DNA of 63,997 bases, filler included, from Octopus bimaculoides (GCF_001194135.2; 7 parts of 6 records of this genome joined end to end with filler, not necessarily neighbours in it); one strand, 5' to 3'; counted from the whole stretch's first letter, positions 25,018 through 38,054 are shown. The notes: generated by a model from the letters alone, not told the origin. Made by a program: numbers and translations.

Positions 25018-25621
25018 CCCTGATCCTCAGGTTTAGCCTGAGGAAAAAAAAATCCTGATTGTTGAGAAGACGATAGGAACATGGAAGGAAGTACCTCACT
25101 CAGATACGGTGGGTTTAGCGTATCTGGGGGCGGAAATGTACTACACATTTCGATTAAGGCGGGATGTTGTGTAACTAGATACAACTAGGTCAACTACTTG
25201 ATTGGATTTCAAAGAATAACAGAGCTGTAAATCGCGAAATGAGAGAAGCAGAAAATGCTTTCTCAAGGTTATGGCACAAGTGAGAGAAAGACTAAAACTA
25301 AGAAGAAAGAACGAACCTTTAGTGAAAAGTTAAACAAAAGTCGCTTCATGGATGATTGAAATAGTTAGAGCTGCGTGTGGTTTAGTGTGGATGGCTTGCA
25401 TGGATTATAGAGGGAACAGTGTGCTACAGTGTAGTTGTCCAAGAGAGCTCAGGCATTCCCTGGCAATATCAATGCTGCTAGGCACCACTGGAGGGAACAA
25501 CACTGTTGGAAGGTGCCAAAATCGATAAGATCTTTAAGTTGGTAGCTGTTGATGGGAAGGATTCTTCGCAATTCAAGCTGTATGGAATGTGTAATTTAAA
25601 CATACATAAATGCATACCTAC

Positions 25622-25680
<59 letters not shown>

Positions 25681-26006
25681 CATACATATAGGTATGTATG
25701 TATATATTTATGTATGTATATATTTATGTATGTGTGTGTCTGTGTATGTATGCATGTATATGTGTGAGTGTGTACTTTATGTTAGCATCTCCTTGCGGTT
25801 CTATTATTCCCGCGTCACTACTTACCATTCTCTTCCCTCCATTTATCTATCCAAATGGGTTTTATTAAATATCCCTTGTTAATCTCAAACTTTCTGCCAC
25901 GAGGTGTGGTCCTTGTTTGTTTTCTCTGCGGGAATTTTTTTTATACATGCGCACACATACGTACATTTCATTTAATATATTTTTCATAATTTTTGTTCTC
26001 TAGCTT

Positions 26007-26082
<76 letters not shown>

Positions 26083-26697
26083 GTGTGTGCGTGCGCGTGG
26101 AAGTGAGATGTACAGACATATATAAACACGCGCACGCACACATTTTCTGGCTAAAGTATGTGCCGATATAAACCAGCTACCGATTTATTGACAGATTATG
26201 TATGTATATAAAGCTTCTATGTTGTGACTGTATCATATTGTACAATGTCTACAACAGCGTGTATGTATGTGGCATCGTTTTCTAATACGTATGAGTGAGA
26301 ATATGTTAAATGTGTACGTTTGAACCAACAAATGACTGAAAGTACGTACGTGTGTGTGTGTGTGTCCACATGCTATTCATTTAACGATTGTGTGTATGAG
26401 ATGCGGTGTGTTGGGATAAGGTGGGGGAGAAAGAGAAAATGGCATTTGCCTTTCTTCTCTTATTTCTACTGTTTCAGATATCTCTTTCTTTCTCCCTCTT
26501 TCGCAGCTCTCAGTTAAAGTGTTGCAATTCCTCTCAGGAGAGTTCACACACACACACACACCAAAATATATAACATCTGTTTTAGCAGGCAAAATGCATC
26601 CTATCAATCTATCCACCCATCTTTCCGTCTATTCTATTTATCTATTTATTTACCCATCCACCCTATTCCTCTCTCTTTCTCTCTCTCTCTTTCTCTT

Positions 26698-26751
<54 letters not shown>

Positions 26752-26784
26752 NNNNNNNNNNCCTCTCTCTTTCTCTCTCTCTCT

Positions 26785-26839
<55 letters not shown>

Positions 26840-26930
26840 GTACACATAACTGTGTGCGTGTTGTCAATTTAATCCTGATATGGAGTAGGATATCGTTACT
26901 TGAAGAAGTTTCATGTCTTGACATTTCCAG

Positions 26931-26968
26931 ACAATCGTCGGACGCCGTTACAACTCTCAAGCAGTAAA
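26931..26968 (+). CDS. Candidate 38-nt exon (xNRRTPLQLSSSK or TIVGRRYNSQAVK)
   Basis: Acceptor tcttgacatttccag| and donor AAA|gtaagt; the reading frame is ambiguous. Confidence 0.3.
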
Positions 26969-26994
26969 GTAAGTCCCTTGGACCTCACAGTCAC

Positions 26995-27212
26995 GCGTAC
27001 TACGACTCACCGGTCCGGTCACTCGTTTTCCATGGAGCGTAAGTAACAGAGATCAGAGAATTCTCCCTGAACGGGACACCAGTCCATCACAAGGTTATTC
27101 ATTTATAACTGAGTGAACTGGACTAATACAAAAATGATTCCCGATGCAGAAATCGAAACCACGGTCTTGCGATCGTGAGTGCAGCACCCTCACCACTAGG
27201 CCATGCACTTTC
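26995..27212 (-). mobile_element. SINE family D
   Basis: Minus strand gcatggcctagtggtgagggtgctgcactcacgatcgcaagaccgtggtttcgatt matches the head at 43922-43975. Confidence 0.8.
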
Positions 27213-27334
27213 ATTCTGAAGAAGTAACCATCATACGTAAGCAGATCCGATTATCTGTCCGTTAGTGCAGGAGATGCTAACCTGCGCATTGAAATACACT
27301 TATCGTAAAAAATAGACCATAAATTTCATTTGAA

Positions 27335-27730
27335 ATAACTGTCGAGTTTTTCGGCCCACGTTGAGAAAAAAACCTGTGGTGCAACCACTTCATCTGCTTT
27401 TCAAACGAGGCCTAAAATTGTAAGCTTATATGTGAATAGGTAGATATATAGATAGACAGATAGATAGATCGGTGTGACAATGTTGGAGCATTTTATTTCC
27501 TATTTCTAGCAATGTAGGGGTAATTCACACCCTTAGTCACGTTTAGTTGACGACTATTATATATATATATAAAATGCTCCAACATTGTCACACCGATCTA
27601 TCTATCTGTCTATCTATATATCTACCTATTCACATATAAGCTTACAATTTTAGGCCTCGTTTGAAAAGCAGATGAAGTGGTTGCACCACAGGTTTTTTTC
27701 TCAACGTGGGCCGAAAAACTCGACAGTTAT
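27335..27730. repeat. Perfect 162-bp inverted repeat (27335-27496 / 27569-27730) with 72-bp spacer
   Basis: Arms compared by eye and appear identical, including an internal GATA microsatellite. Confidence 0.93.
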
Positions 27731-27731
27731 A

Positions 27732-27762
<31 letters not shown>

Positions 27763-27766
<4 letters not shown>

Positions 27767-28407
27767 GGTTGGACAAAATGATGGAAACACCTTAAAATTT
27801 CAAACAAATTATTTTAATATGGAGTAGGACCGCTTTTGGCAGTAATTACGGCTTGAATTCTACCAGTTATAGACTCATACAAAGTTTGAATTGTTTCCAA
27901 AGGATTTTTTGTCCATTCTTTAGCTAAAAGAATCTCCAATTCTTGTAGGGGACTGTGGTGGGCAGATAAGATGTTCAACTTCACTAGAATGTTCCTCGTA
28001 CCATTCAGTAACAAATTAGCTGTGTGAATTGGTGCATTATTATCCTGAAGGATTGCATTTCCCTCCGGAAATAGTTCCGCAACCGTAGCATAAATTTGAT
28101 AAGATAAAATGCTTAAATAGTCTTGACTATTAATTCTGCCATGAAAGGAAAACATCAGGCCGGCGGATTTCCAAGATATAGCGCCCCCACCCCCATCATC
28201 ACAGATCCTTCTCCATGTTTAACAGTTGAAAGAAAGAAGTCTGGGTCAAATGTTTCTTTTGGCTGTCTGCACACGTATACTCGGCCGGTGGTCGGAAACA
28301 AGGTAAAGGATGACTCGTCTGAGTAAATAACATTCTTCCACTGCTCTAGGGACCAATTCTGTAGGATTTTACTCCACTCTAAACACTTTGCAACGTTTGT
28401 TTTTGAA
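27763..28407 (-). mobile_element. Degenerate Tc1 (DD34E-type) transposon, 3' half; remainder lost in the gap
   Basis: TIR caggggttggacaaaatgatggaaacacc at 27763; minus translation WSLEQWKNVIYSDESSF (first D), ILQDNNAPIHTA (second D), C-terminus LYESITGRIQAVITAKSGPTPY*; SPDLNPIE region deleted; frameshift near 28155. Confidence 0.92.
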
Positions 28408-30789
28408 NNNNNNNNNNNNNNNNNNNNNNNNNNNNNNNNNNNNNNNNNNNNNNNNNNNNNNNNNNNNNNNNNNNNNNNNNNNNNNNNNNNNNNNNNNNNN
28501 NNNNNNNNNNNNNNNNNNNNNNNNNNNNNNNNNNNNNNNNNNNNNNNNNNNNNNNNNNNNNNNNNNNNNNNNNNNNNNNNNNNNNNNNNNNNNNNNNNNN
28601 NNNNNNNNNNNNNNNNNNNNNNNNNNNNNNNNNNNNNNNNNNNNNNNNNNNNNNNNNNNNNNNNNNNNNNNNNNNNNNNNNNNNNNNNNNNNNNNNNNNN
28701 NNNNNNNNNNNNNNNNNNNNNNNNNNNNNNNNNNNNNNNNNNNNNNNNNNNNNNNNNNNNNNNNNNNNNNNNNNNNNNNNNNNNNNNNNNNNNNNNNNNN
28801 NNNNNNNNNNNNNNNNNNNNNNNNNNNNNNNNNNNNNNNNNNNNNNNNNNNNNNNNNNNNNNNNNNNNNNNNNNNNNNNNNNNNNNNNNNNNNNNNNNNN
28901 NNNNNNNNNNNNNNNNNNNNNNNNNNNNNNNNNNNNNNNNNNNNNNNNNNNNNNNNNNNNNNNNNNNNNNNNNNNNNNNNNNNNNNNNNNNNNNNNNNNN
29001 NNNNNNNNNNNNNNNNNNNNNNNNNNNNNNNNNNNNNNNNNNNNNNNNNNNNNNNNNNNNNNNNNNNNNNNNNNNNNNNNNNNNNNNNNNNNNNNNNNNN
29101 NNNNNNNNNNNNNNNNNNNNNNNNNNNNNNNNNNNNNNNNNNNNNNNNNNNNNNNNNNNNNNNNNNNNNNNNNNNNNNNNNNNNNNNNNNNNNNNNNNNN
29201 NNNNNNNNNNNNNNNNNNNNNNNNNNNNNNNNNNNNNNNNNNNNNNNNNNNNNNNNNNNNNNNNNNNNNNNNNNNNNNNNNNNNNNNNNNNNNNNNNNNN
29301 NNNNNNNNNNNNNNNNNNNNNNNNNNNNNNNNNNNNNNNNNNNNNNNNNNNNNNNNNNNNNNNNNNNNNNNNNNNNNNNNNNNNNNNNGATAGAATCATT
29401 CGACTAATAATTCTTCAAGGCGATGCCCCAGCATGGCTGCAGTCTAATGATTGAAACAAGTAAAAGATATATAAATATATGCACATATATACACACACGC
29501 GCACATACAAGATTGTTTAGAACCATTTCGGTAGTTTCCAGCTAATGTCTGTTTCTGTTTCATTGCCACTCTCCTATCACAACACCCCTTTCCCGTTCAC
29601 TACTCCTACTACCACCATTACTCCACCGTCACCAGCTGCTTTACTTCTCACACCCACAACTACATCCACCACCCCTTACCACCAGGCAGGCTAATTAGAA
29701 CCCAATCTATCGACCAACGTATCATCTCTATCTGGTTTGTTCTCAAACTTACTGGTTTACACCCGTCCCAATCCCATCCCAACTCAGATAACATAACATG
29801 TTTGGTTACAACTTCAATCTAACTCCTCTATCACATATTTCTTGTCTCTATTTACCGCTGCGCCCTGCTCTGCTGTATTCGTACACATACTCGTATCAAC
29901 CTATCACTCTTCCTCTTTCTATTTTTTTTTTGGTAGAGATGGACTATATGTAATCTGAACCCCCCCCCTTGTTTTATTTTTTTTTTTTTTACAGAATCCC
30001 ACGTTTTTGGCTNNNNNNNNNNNNNNNNNNNNNNNNNNNNNNNNNNNNNNNNNNNNNNNNNNNNNNNNNNNNNNNNNNNNNNNNNNNNNNNNNNNNNNNN
30101 NNNNNNNNNNNNNNNNNNNNNNNNNNNNNNNNNNNNNNNNNNNNNNNNNNNNNNNNNNNNNNNNNNNNNNNNNNNNNNNNNNNNNNNNNNNNNNNNNNNN
30201 NNNNNNNNNNNNNNNNNNNNNNNNNNNNNNNNNNNNNNNNNNNNNNNNNNNNNNNNNNNNNNNNNNNNNNNNNNNNNNNNNNNNNNNNNNNNNNNNNNNN
30301 NNNNNNNNNNNNNNNNNNNNNNNNNNNNNNNNNNNNNNNNNNNNNNNNNNNNNNNNNNNNNNNNNNNNNNNNNNNNNNNNNNNNNNNNNNNNNNNNNNNN
30401 NNNNNNNNNNNNNNNNNNNNNNNNNNNNNNNNNNNNNNNNNNNNNNNNNNNNNNNNNNNNNNNNNNNNNNNNNNNNNNNNNNNNNNNNNNNNNNNNNNNN
30501 NNNNNNNNNNNNNNNNNNNNNNNNNNNNNNNNNNNNNNNNNNNNNNNNNNNNNNNNNNNNNNNNNNNNNNNNNNNNNNNNNNNNNNNNNNNNNNNNNNNN
30601 NNNNNNNNNNNNNNNNNNNNNNNNNNNNNNNNNNNNNNNNNNNNNNNNNNNNNNNNNNNNNNNNNNNNNNNNNNNNNNNNNNNNNNNNNNNNNNNNNNNN
30701 NNNNNNNNNNNNNNNNNNNNNNNNNNNNNNNNNNNNNNNNNNNNNNNNNNNNNNNNNNNNNNNNNNNNNNNNNNNNNNTAGTAGTAGTA

Positions 30790-30917
30790 GTAGTAATCAT
30801 TCTTTCTGCTGAAGGCACAGGGTCTGAAATTTGCAGGGAGGGGACTAGTCGATTACATCGACCCCAGTGTTTCACTGGTACTTAATTTATCGATGAAAGG
30901 CAAAGTCGAACTCGGCG

Positions 30918-30957
<40 letters not shown>

Positions 30958-31140
30958 CCTTTCTACTATAAGCACACGGCCTGGATTTTGTGGGGAAGGA
31001 GACAGTCGATCACTTAATTCATCGACTCCGAAGGGGATGAAAAACAAGGTCGACCTCAGCGGAATTTGAACTCAGAACGTAAAGACGGATGAAATGCCGC
31101 TAAGCATTTTGCTTGCTAACGATTTTGCCAGATTGCCAAC
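30790..31140 (-). mobile_element. Two tandem SINE family A fragments (minus)
   Basis: Cores gtcgattacatcgaccccagtg and aaggtcgacctcagcggaatttgaactcagaacg, separated by an (AAT)n tail. Confidence 0.85.
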
Positions 31141-31329
31141 TAAAACCATTCAAAGCCAGCATTAGCCGCAGTCCAATGGCTGAAACAAGTAAGAGAAAAA
31201 AAAATAGAAGACTGGACAAATACTTAGCTGTGATTCGAATCTTTTACTGGTGGTGTCCCAGCATGTTCAAAGCCTTTGGACTGAAACGTATAAAACAATA
31301 GTCACAAGAGTTCAATTTTGGTTTGTTTC

Positions 31330-31720
31330 CACCCGGTACATTACGTTCTGTGTTCAAATGCCGCCGGAGTTGAGTTTGTCTTACACCCTTTCAGGGTCTA
31401 TAAAATAAGTACCAGTTGATCACTGGCGTCGATGTAATCGACTCATCCCCTCCTCCCAAATTGCTGCCCTTGTGGCAAAATTTGAAACCATTATTATTAT
31501 TATTAACGCGGCGAACTGACAGAATCGATGGGACGCCTGACAAAATACTCGGCTTCATTTCGGCCGTCTTTACATTTTGAGTTCAAATTCCGCCGAGGTC
31601 GACTTTGCCTTTCATCTCTTCAGAGTCGATAAATTTAATACTAGTCAAGTACTGGGGTTGATGAAATCGACTGCCCCCTGCCTCCAACTTGTACCTATTA
31701 TTGAAAGGATTATTATTAGC
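31330..31720 (+). mobile_element. Two tandem SINE family A copies (plus), type-2 tails
   Basis: ttacgttctgtgttcaaatgccgccgg.. and cgcggcgaactgacagaatcg..gagttcaaattccgccgaggtcgac. Confidence 0.88.
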
Positions 31721-31741
31721 TGCAGCACTATCGTGGAACGA

Positions 31742-32290
31742 GTGGAGGCGCAATGGCCCAGTAGTTAGAGCAGCGGACTCGTGGTCGTAGGATCACGGTT
31801 TCGATTCCCAGACCGGGCGTTGTGAGTGTTTATTGAGTGAAAACACCTAAAGCTCCACGAGGCTCCGACAGGGGATGGTGGCGNNNNNNNNNNNNNNNNN
31901 NNNNNNNNNNNNNNNNNNNNNNNNNNNNNNNNNNNNNNNNNNNNNNNNNNNNNNNNNNNNNNNNNNNNNNNNNNNNNNNNNNNNNNNNNNNNNNNNNNNN
32001 NNNNNNNNNNNNNNNNNNNNNNNNNNNNNNNNNNNNNNNNNNNNNNNNNNNNNNNNNNNNNNNNNNNNNNNNNNNNNNNNNNNNNNNNNNNNNNNNNNNN
32101 NNNNNNNNNNNNNNNNNNNNNNNNNNNNNNNNNNNNNNNNNNNNNNNNNNNNNNNNNNNNNNNNNNNNNNNNNNNNNNNNNNNNNNNNNNNNNNNNNNNN
32201 NNGTAACGCTCTTTCTCTTCCACTCAGCTGCCTTCGACAGGCTAAAGTCCGGAATCTCAGAAAAATGGCGATATGTGTCAATAAAATAAG
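31742..32290 (+). mobile_element. SINE family C spanning a gap
   Basis: tRNA-like head ggaggcgcaatggcccagtagttagagcagcggactc..ggtttcgattccc with A/B boxes, continuing into a non-tRNA body. Confidence 0.7.
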
Positions 32291-33959
32291 TGTTTGAAGA
32301 GCCGTGACGTAGAATTCAAAGTTTCGCATCTTCGTCTTTCGTCAGAACGTGGGGAACAGAGACATGGTGTTGTTGTTTTGGCTGTAAGCAAGCCTACTTC
32401 GCATTTTAGATGAAGAGAAAACATCTGAAACGAGATATTTTGAACATTCCCACACGAACTGATAGGTATAGTCGTTCAGGTCTACTATCTTTCTCACTTT
32501 GCATCTCAGTCACTCTGGTGTGTACATGTGTGTGTGTTTATGTTGATTTAACTATGGTTTTGAATGGATGACCGTCACAGAAGATTATAAGAAACTGCAT
32601 GTTCTATCAGTTAGTTCAGGGCAAACCTCGTAACCCATTGAACAGTCTGCTGGTTGTACAGGGGTGATGGGTTGGCAAATAAGCCTAGTGAAGCAATGTC
32701 GATTCTAAGTAAAATTTGAATTTAACACTGCAAGTTATGTTGTTCTCTAACTGTACTTCCCAGTGTACTGTATACATAGTTACAACGCTCATTTACAGCT
32801 TGCTAGAGTGAGGCAGGAAGCGTTTGTTTAAGGACATAGGGCAATATCATCCAAATGATTCAACATGAATTTTATTGAGAATCTGCTTTCAAGAAATAGA
32901 GACCAATACATATACAAGACCATATTCATACATAGACAGGGTCTATATATAGATTGACATAACACCGACAGATAAATCCAGTCATAAAACCGTGCAAATA
33001 GATCCATCCACTCAGCGAACCAGAAGTTCTTATTGAATCAAATCCGAAGCTTTTATTTGTGTGCGTGCGCATTTGTGGTTGGTTGGTTGGTTGTTCCGTT
33101 TTCTTTTATGATAACTACACACATGCTCACACATAAATGAGAACAGATATAGATAGATACATGCCTTATTATCAGGACTGCAACACCGCTGGCTTCGTTG
33201 TTCGTCCCTTTCGATTTCCTTATCGAAACTACTACTACTACTACTAACACTGCTGCTGCTGCCTCATAATGGTTTGGTTTATTTCTTCACCACCAGCCTT
33301 CACTTCCACCACCACCACCGTGCAAGCTGTATACCACTGGCTGTTCTGTGGTGGAAAGGTGTAGGTGGAGGCGGAATAAGAGCTATGACAGAACTAGTTA
33401 CTGAGTTATCACAGAAATTTAACCCTTTCTCGCCTTTAACACACATGCACGCACATACGCATTCCTTCTCCCTCCATCACAACCGTCATTTTCATCCTCA
33501 TCTTTCTCCTCCTGCTGCCCACAACATGTTCCATTGCAACTAGTTCGAGTTTCTGATCTATACCATATGTTTCTTATTTCCTACCCTCTCTCCTTTGCTT
33601 CTCTCTCTATCTCTCTCGTTAGCCATCGACATTCACTAACTCACGCACGTACACACTTACACAGACGTAGACGCATACATACATACACATATATACACAC
33701 ACACGGTGCGTGATATGGAATTAAACTAGCATTAATGTGCCACCGGAATGTATGGGGTGCAGAGTCGAAAGTAACCGAGCTTAAAACCATACAAATATGT
33801 TCTGAGTTCAAATCCACACGGGATTCATTCTGCTCTCCTAAATCTTTTCAGAGTGAACAAAAATCAATACCAGTGGTGTGTTGGAGGATGAGAAGGGGTG
33901 TGGGTAAATCCAATGCGTGAGTTTGTGTTAGCGTCATATCATCATTCTTTTTTTTTTGT

Positions 33960-34445
33960 TGTTTTTTTACTTGTTTCACTCATTTGACTGTGGTCATGCT
34001 GGGGCACCGCCTTGAAAGGTTTTAGCTGAACAAATCGACCCCAGTAATTATTTTTCTTATTTTCAAAGTCCATCACTTAGTCTATCGATCTCTTTATGCT
34101 GAACCACTGGCTTACAAGGACGTTAACAAACCAACACCGGTTGTCACGCAGTAGGTGTCAGACGCATATACAAAGACACACACGCACAGATGAAACCAGG
34201 ATTTTCTACATTTGATGAATTTCGGCATCAGTCTGGAAGCTGACAGTGTTGATAGCCCATAACTCTGGTTGAGTGCATTTCTCTAGAAATGCCCTATCAG
34301 GACCTAAGATTATATATATATTTATTTATTTAATGGACTTCTTTCAGTTTCCGTCTATCAAATCTATTCACAAAGCTTTGGTCGACCCGATACTATAGTA
34401 GAAGACATTTACCCAAGGTACCACACAGTGGGACTGAACCAGACT
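33960..34445 (-). mobile_element. SINE family B with internal insertion; head replaced by the adjacent mariner
   Basis: Homologous to 10601-10994. Confidence 0.82.
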
Positions 34446-34453
34446 AGTTAGTA

Positions 34454-34672
34454 TTGGGTTGTCCGGAAAGTTCGTGCCAATTTATAGTAGCTTACCTTTC
34501 GACTTATTTGCCATGAAACCACCTCAATTCTGGGAAGAGGGTATTTTCAAGTTAAAGGAAAGATGGAGACGCATTATGCAACAAAATGCTTCATTTAAAA
34601 TGTAATGGCAAGTATTTATTGACCTTTTTTTTTTTCCTTTAAAAATCGGCACGAACTTTCCGGACAACCCAA
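34454..34672 (+). mobile_element. 219-bp internally deleted mariner element
   Basis: TA-flanked TIRs ttgggttgtccggaaagttcgtgcc / ggcacgaactttccggacaacccaa; retains transposase C-terminus DLFAMKPPQFWEEGIFKLKERWRRIMQQNASF from 34501. Confidence 0.92.
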
Positions 34673-36589
34673 TATTTCGCATGGCACAGTATTAAACAAG
34701 ATTTTACCATTTATACTAATGTACAGCTACCTAGTAGTAAGTTTGCTTCTCAACCATANNNNNNNNNNNNNNNNNNNNNNNNNNNNNNNNNNNNNNNNNN
34801 NNNNNNNNNNNNNNNNNNNNNNNNNNNNNNNNNNNNNNNNNNNNNNNNNNNNNNNNNNNNNNNNNNNNNNNNNNNNNNNNNNNNNNNNNNNNNNNNNNNN
34901 NNNNNNNNNNNNNNNNNNNNNNNNNNNNNNNNNNNNNNNNNNNNNNNNNNNNNNNNNNNNNNNNNNNNNNNNNNNNNNNNNNNNNNNNNNNNNNNNNNNN
35001 NNNNNNNNNNNNNNNNNNNNNNNNNNNNNNNNNNNNNNNNNNNNNNNNNNNNNNNNNNNNNNNNNNNNNNNNNNNNNNNNNNNNNNNNNNNNNNNNNNNN
35101 NNNNNNNNNNNNNNNNNNNNNNNNNNNNNNNNNNNNNNNNNNNNNNNNNNNNNNNNNNNNNNNNNNNNNNNNNNNNNNNNNNNNNNNNNNNNNNNNNNNN
35201 NNNNNNNNNNNNNNNNNNNNNNNNNNNNNNNNNNNNNNNNNNNNNNNNNNNNNNNNNNNNNNNNNNNNNNNNNNNNNNNNNNNNNNNNNNNNNNNNNNNN
35301 NNNNNNNNNNNNNNNNNNNNNNNNNNNNNNNNNNNNNNNNNNNNNNNNNNNNNNNNNNNNNNNNNNNNNNNNNNNNNNNNNNNNNNNNNNNNNNNNNNNN
35401 NNNNNNNNNNNNNNNNNNNNNNNNNNNNNNNNNNNNNNNNNNNNNNNNNNNNNNNNNNNNNNNNNNNNNNNNNNNNNNNNNNNNNNNNNNNNNNNNNNNN
35501 NNNNNNNNNNNNNNNNNNNNNNNNNNNNNNNNNNNNNNNNNNNNCCGGTTTCGGAAAAATCCGTACTTCAGAAACGCTTTGGGACCAAAGGCTCTGGAAA
35601 ATCAATATTGTACTTTATTTTATTTTCACTTTCTTTCTCTGTCTGTTTCTCTCTCTCTCTTTCTCTGTTTTTTTTAAGATTATAAAATGTATTACGGAGA
35701 TGTACTTGCATAGCAAGTGACCTGATCTGAGATCGTGTGCTGGAACGGAAACAATTGCAGCGTGGAAGGTGTTTATAAGCCATTTAAAATAACACACAAA
35801 AACCGTTAGATTCACTTCAACATTTAAATTTAATTTGTCAAAATATTTTCGTCGCTTTCAGACCGCGACCTGTTCACTGACAAAATTCTGTGCTGCAGCA
35901 AAATGTAGTTTGAGTGATATTTGGCTGCAGGTCAAGCGAGTACGAGAAATCCCTTTCGTTTGTTCATCTACATGTGTGTGTGTTGGTGTTTGTATGTGTA
36001 GATTATTACTGAACTTATTGATCGCACTCAGCAGTGACGACTAAAACGTGTGTGTATGTATACGTTATGTTCTCTCTCTCCTACACACACGCACACTGTC
36101 TTTTCTGCTCAAACCCTCATTCTCTCTTTCTCCTCCTCTATTTACAAAATGTAGTATATGTCACTTTTATTTCACTTCAATACACCGCACCCCCTCATCA
36201 CTGTCTTTTTTTTTTCTCTCCTTCTCATGCTCTCAGTGACCCATGAGGTCAGTGACATTTGCGCTGACCACTTTAACACAGTGTGTAACGGAGGGAGGGA
36301 GAGATGTAGTTCGTTCTGTGCCCCCCCCCATGTCTAGACAAACAGGTGTCTCGCCAACAGTCTTCTGTGTCACAAGAAGCAGGTGTGTGCGCGTGTGAGA
36401 AATGTGTACGAATGTATGTACGTATGTGTGTGTGAGATTCTGTTTTGTGTATGCATGTCTGTGTATTGTGTATACCTGAGTGTGTTTCGATCTTCTTTAA
36501 AAGGCAAGCGGATTAGCTGAGACGTTGGAGCGTCAGACTAGTGGTCCCAAATGACCCTTGTGCGTATGCCTGTGTGTGGATAGGTGGGG

Positions 36590-36930
36590 TCCATATCTTC
36601 TTTCAGTCATTAGACTGCGGCCATGCTGGTGCACTGCCCTTGAGAAATTTTAGTCAAACTAATCGATATCAGTATTAATTTTCTTAAGTTTGGTACTTAT
36701 TCTATAGGTCTTTTTTACCGAACCGCTAAGTTATTGGGACGTAAACACACCAGCATCGGTTGTCAAGTGGTGGTTGTGGGGACACACACACCGTTTTTTT
36801 TTGCCGTGTCCTGTACCCAGATATGTATCTATATATACATGTAGATGTACATACATGTACGTATATACACATATACTCATATATATATATATATACACAC
36901 ATACACACACACACACGACGGGCTTCTTAG
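36590..36930 (-). mobile_element. SINE family B 3' two-thirds
   Basis: Homologous to 10601-10860. Confidence 0.88.
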
Positions 36931-37519
36931 CACGTGCAATAAATAGCTTATACTTCTACAATACATATATTTTAATTTTTTAAAATACAATTCGTATTAT
37001 TATTCAATTATAAAAATACAGAAGAATGGAGGGTTTTCTTTTTTTCTTTTATACATATATATTTACATTCAAAGGCTTTGGAGGTCTTACAGATTAAAAT
37101 AAGATTCAAAGACAAAAAAATGGCCGAGAACAGCACGTTATTTATGGTGCCCTCCCATCTGAGTTCAGATCACACTAACGTCAACTTTGCTTTTATCCTT
37201 TTCAAAGCGGACTGGCGGAAATCTTCTTACAATGTTAGATGGTCTGTCTTGCGGTATTTGTTCCGAGTCATTGCATTCTGAGTTCAAATCTCAGGCCATG
37301 ACCTGCGTGGGTGGTTGCCATCCAGTCCCTTGCCGCCTTAAGTACACTCTACTCGATATATCATTGGAAATATGGATTGTTAATCCTCTTAATTCATTCT
37401 CCGGACTTGCAAGGTAACGAAGTTGTAGTTCGGCCTACTAGAAATAAGAACCAAATCTCTCTCTCTCTACCCATCTCTGTTACTTTTAAAAAGAATAGGA
37501 CACGTTGAAATATAGCCAC

Positions 37520-37812
37520 AGATATACTCTTTTACTTGTTTCAGTCATTTGACTGCGGCCATACTGGAGCACAGCCTTTAGCCGAGCAAATCGACCCCAG
37601 GACTTATTCTTTGGAAGCCTAGTACTTATTCTATCGGTGTCTTTTTGCCAAACCGCTAAGTTACGGGGATGTAAACACACCAACATCGGTTGTCAAGCGA
37701 TGTTAGGGAGACAAACACAGATACACAAACATATACACACACACACACACACATATATACATATGTACGACGGTCTTCTTTCAGTTTCCGTCTACCAAAT
37801 CCACTCACAAGG
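37520..37812 (-). mobile_element. SINE family B, young, truncated next to a family A insertion
   Basis: Homologous to 10601-10890. Confidence 0.9.
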
Positions 37813-37837
37813 CTTATTTCAACTCAAAATCTGAAGA

Positions 37838-38054
37838 ATATTCTTTTCTTCTCTAGGCACAAGGCCCGAAATTTTGGGAGAGGGGTCCAGTCGATTAGAT
37901 TGACTCCAGTACACAACTAGTACTTAATTTATCGACCTCGAAAGGATGAAAGGCAAAGTCGATCTCGGCGGAATTTGAACTCAGAACGTAAAGACAGACG
38001 AAATATCGCTAAGCATTTCGCCCGGCGTGCTAACGTTTCTGCCAGCTCACCGCA
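37838..38054 (-). mobile_element. SINE family A, type-3 tail
   Basis: Homologous to 14750-14959. Confidence 0.9.

Noticed and set aside
29560-29900. Pyrimidine-rich stretch resembling a Penelope 3' end
   Set aside because: Only vague peptide similarity and no terminal motif
31742-31815. tRNA-like sequence with A and B boxes (similar heads at 10930-10994, 27150-27212 and 43922-43975)
   Set aside because: No complete cloverleaf or acceptor stem, and each continues into a repeated SINE body, so these are not tRNA genes
35690-35880. Sequence that looks like a dispersed repeat terminus
   Set aside because: No second copy in this window and no diagnostic motif, so it is unsupported without a library search
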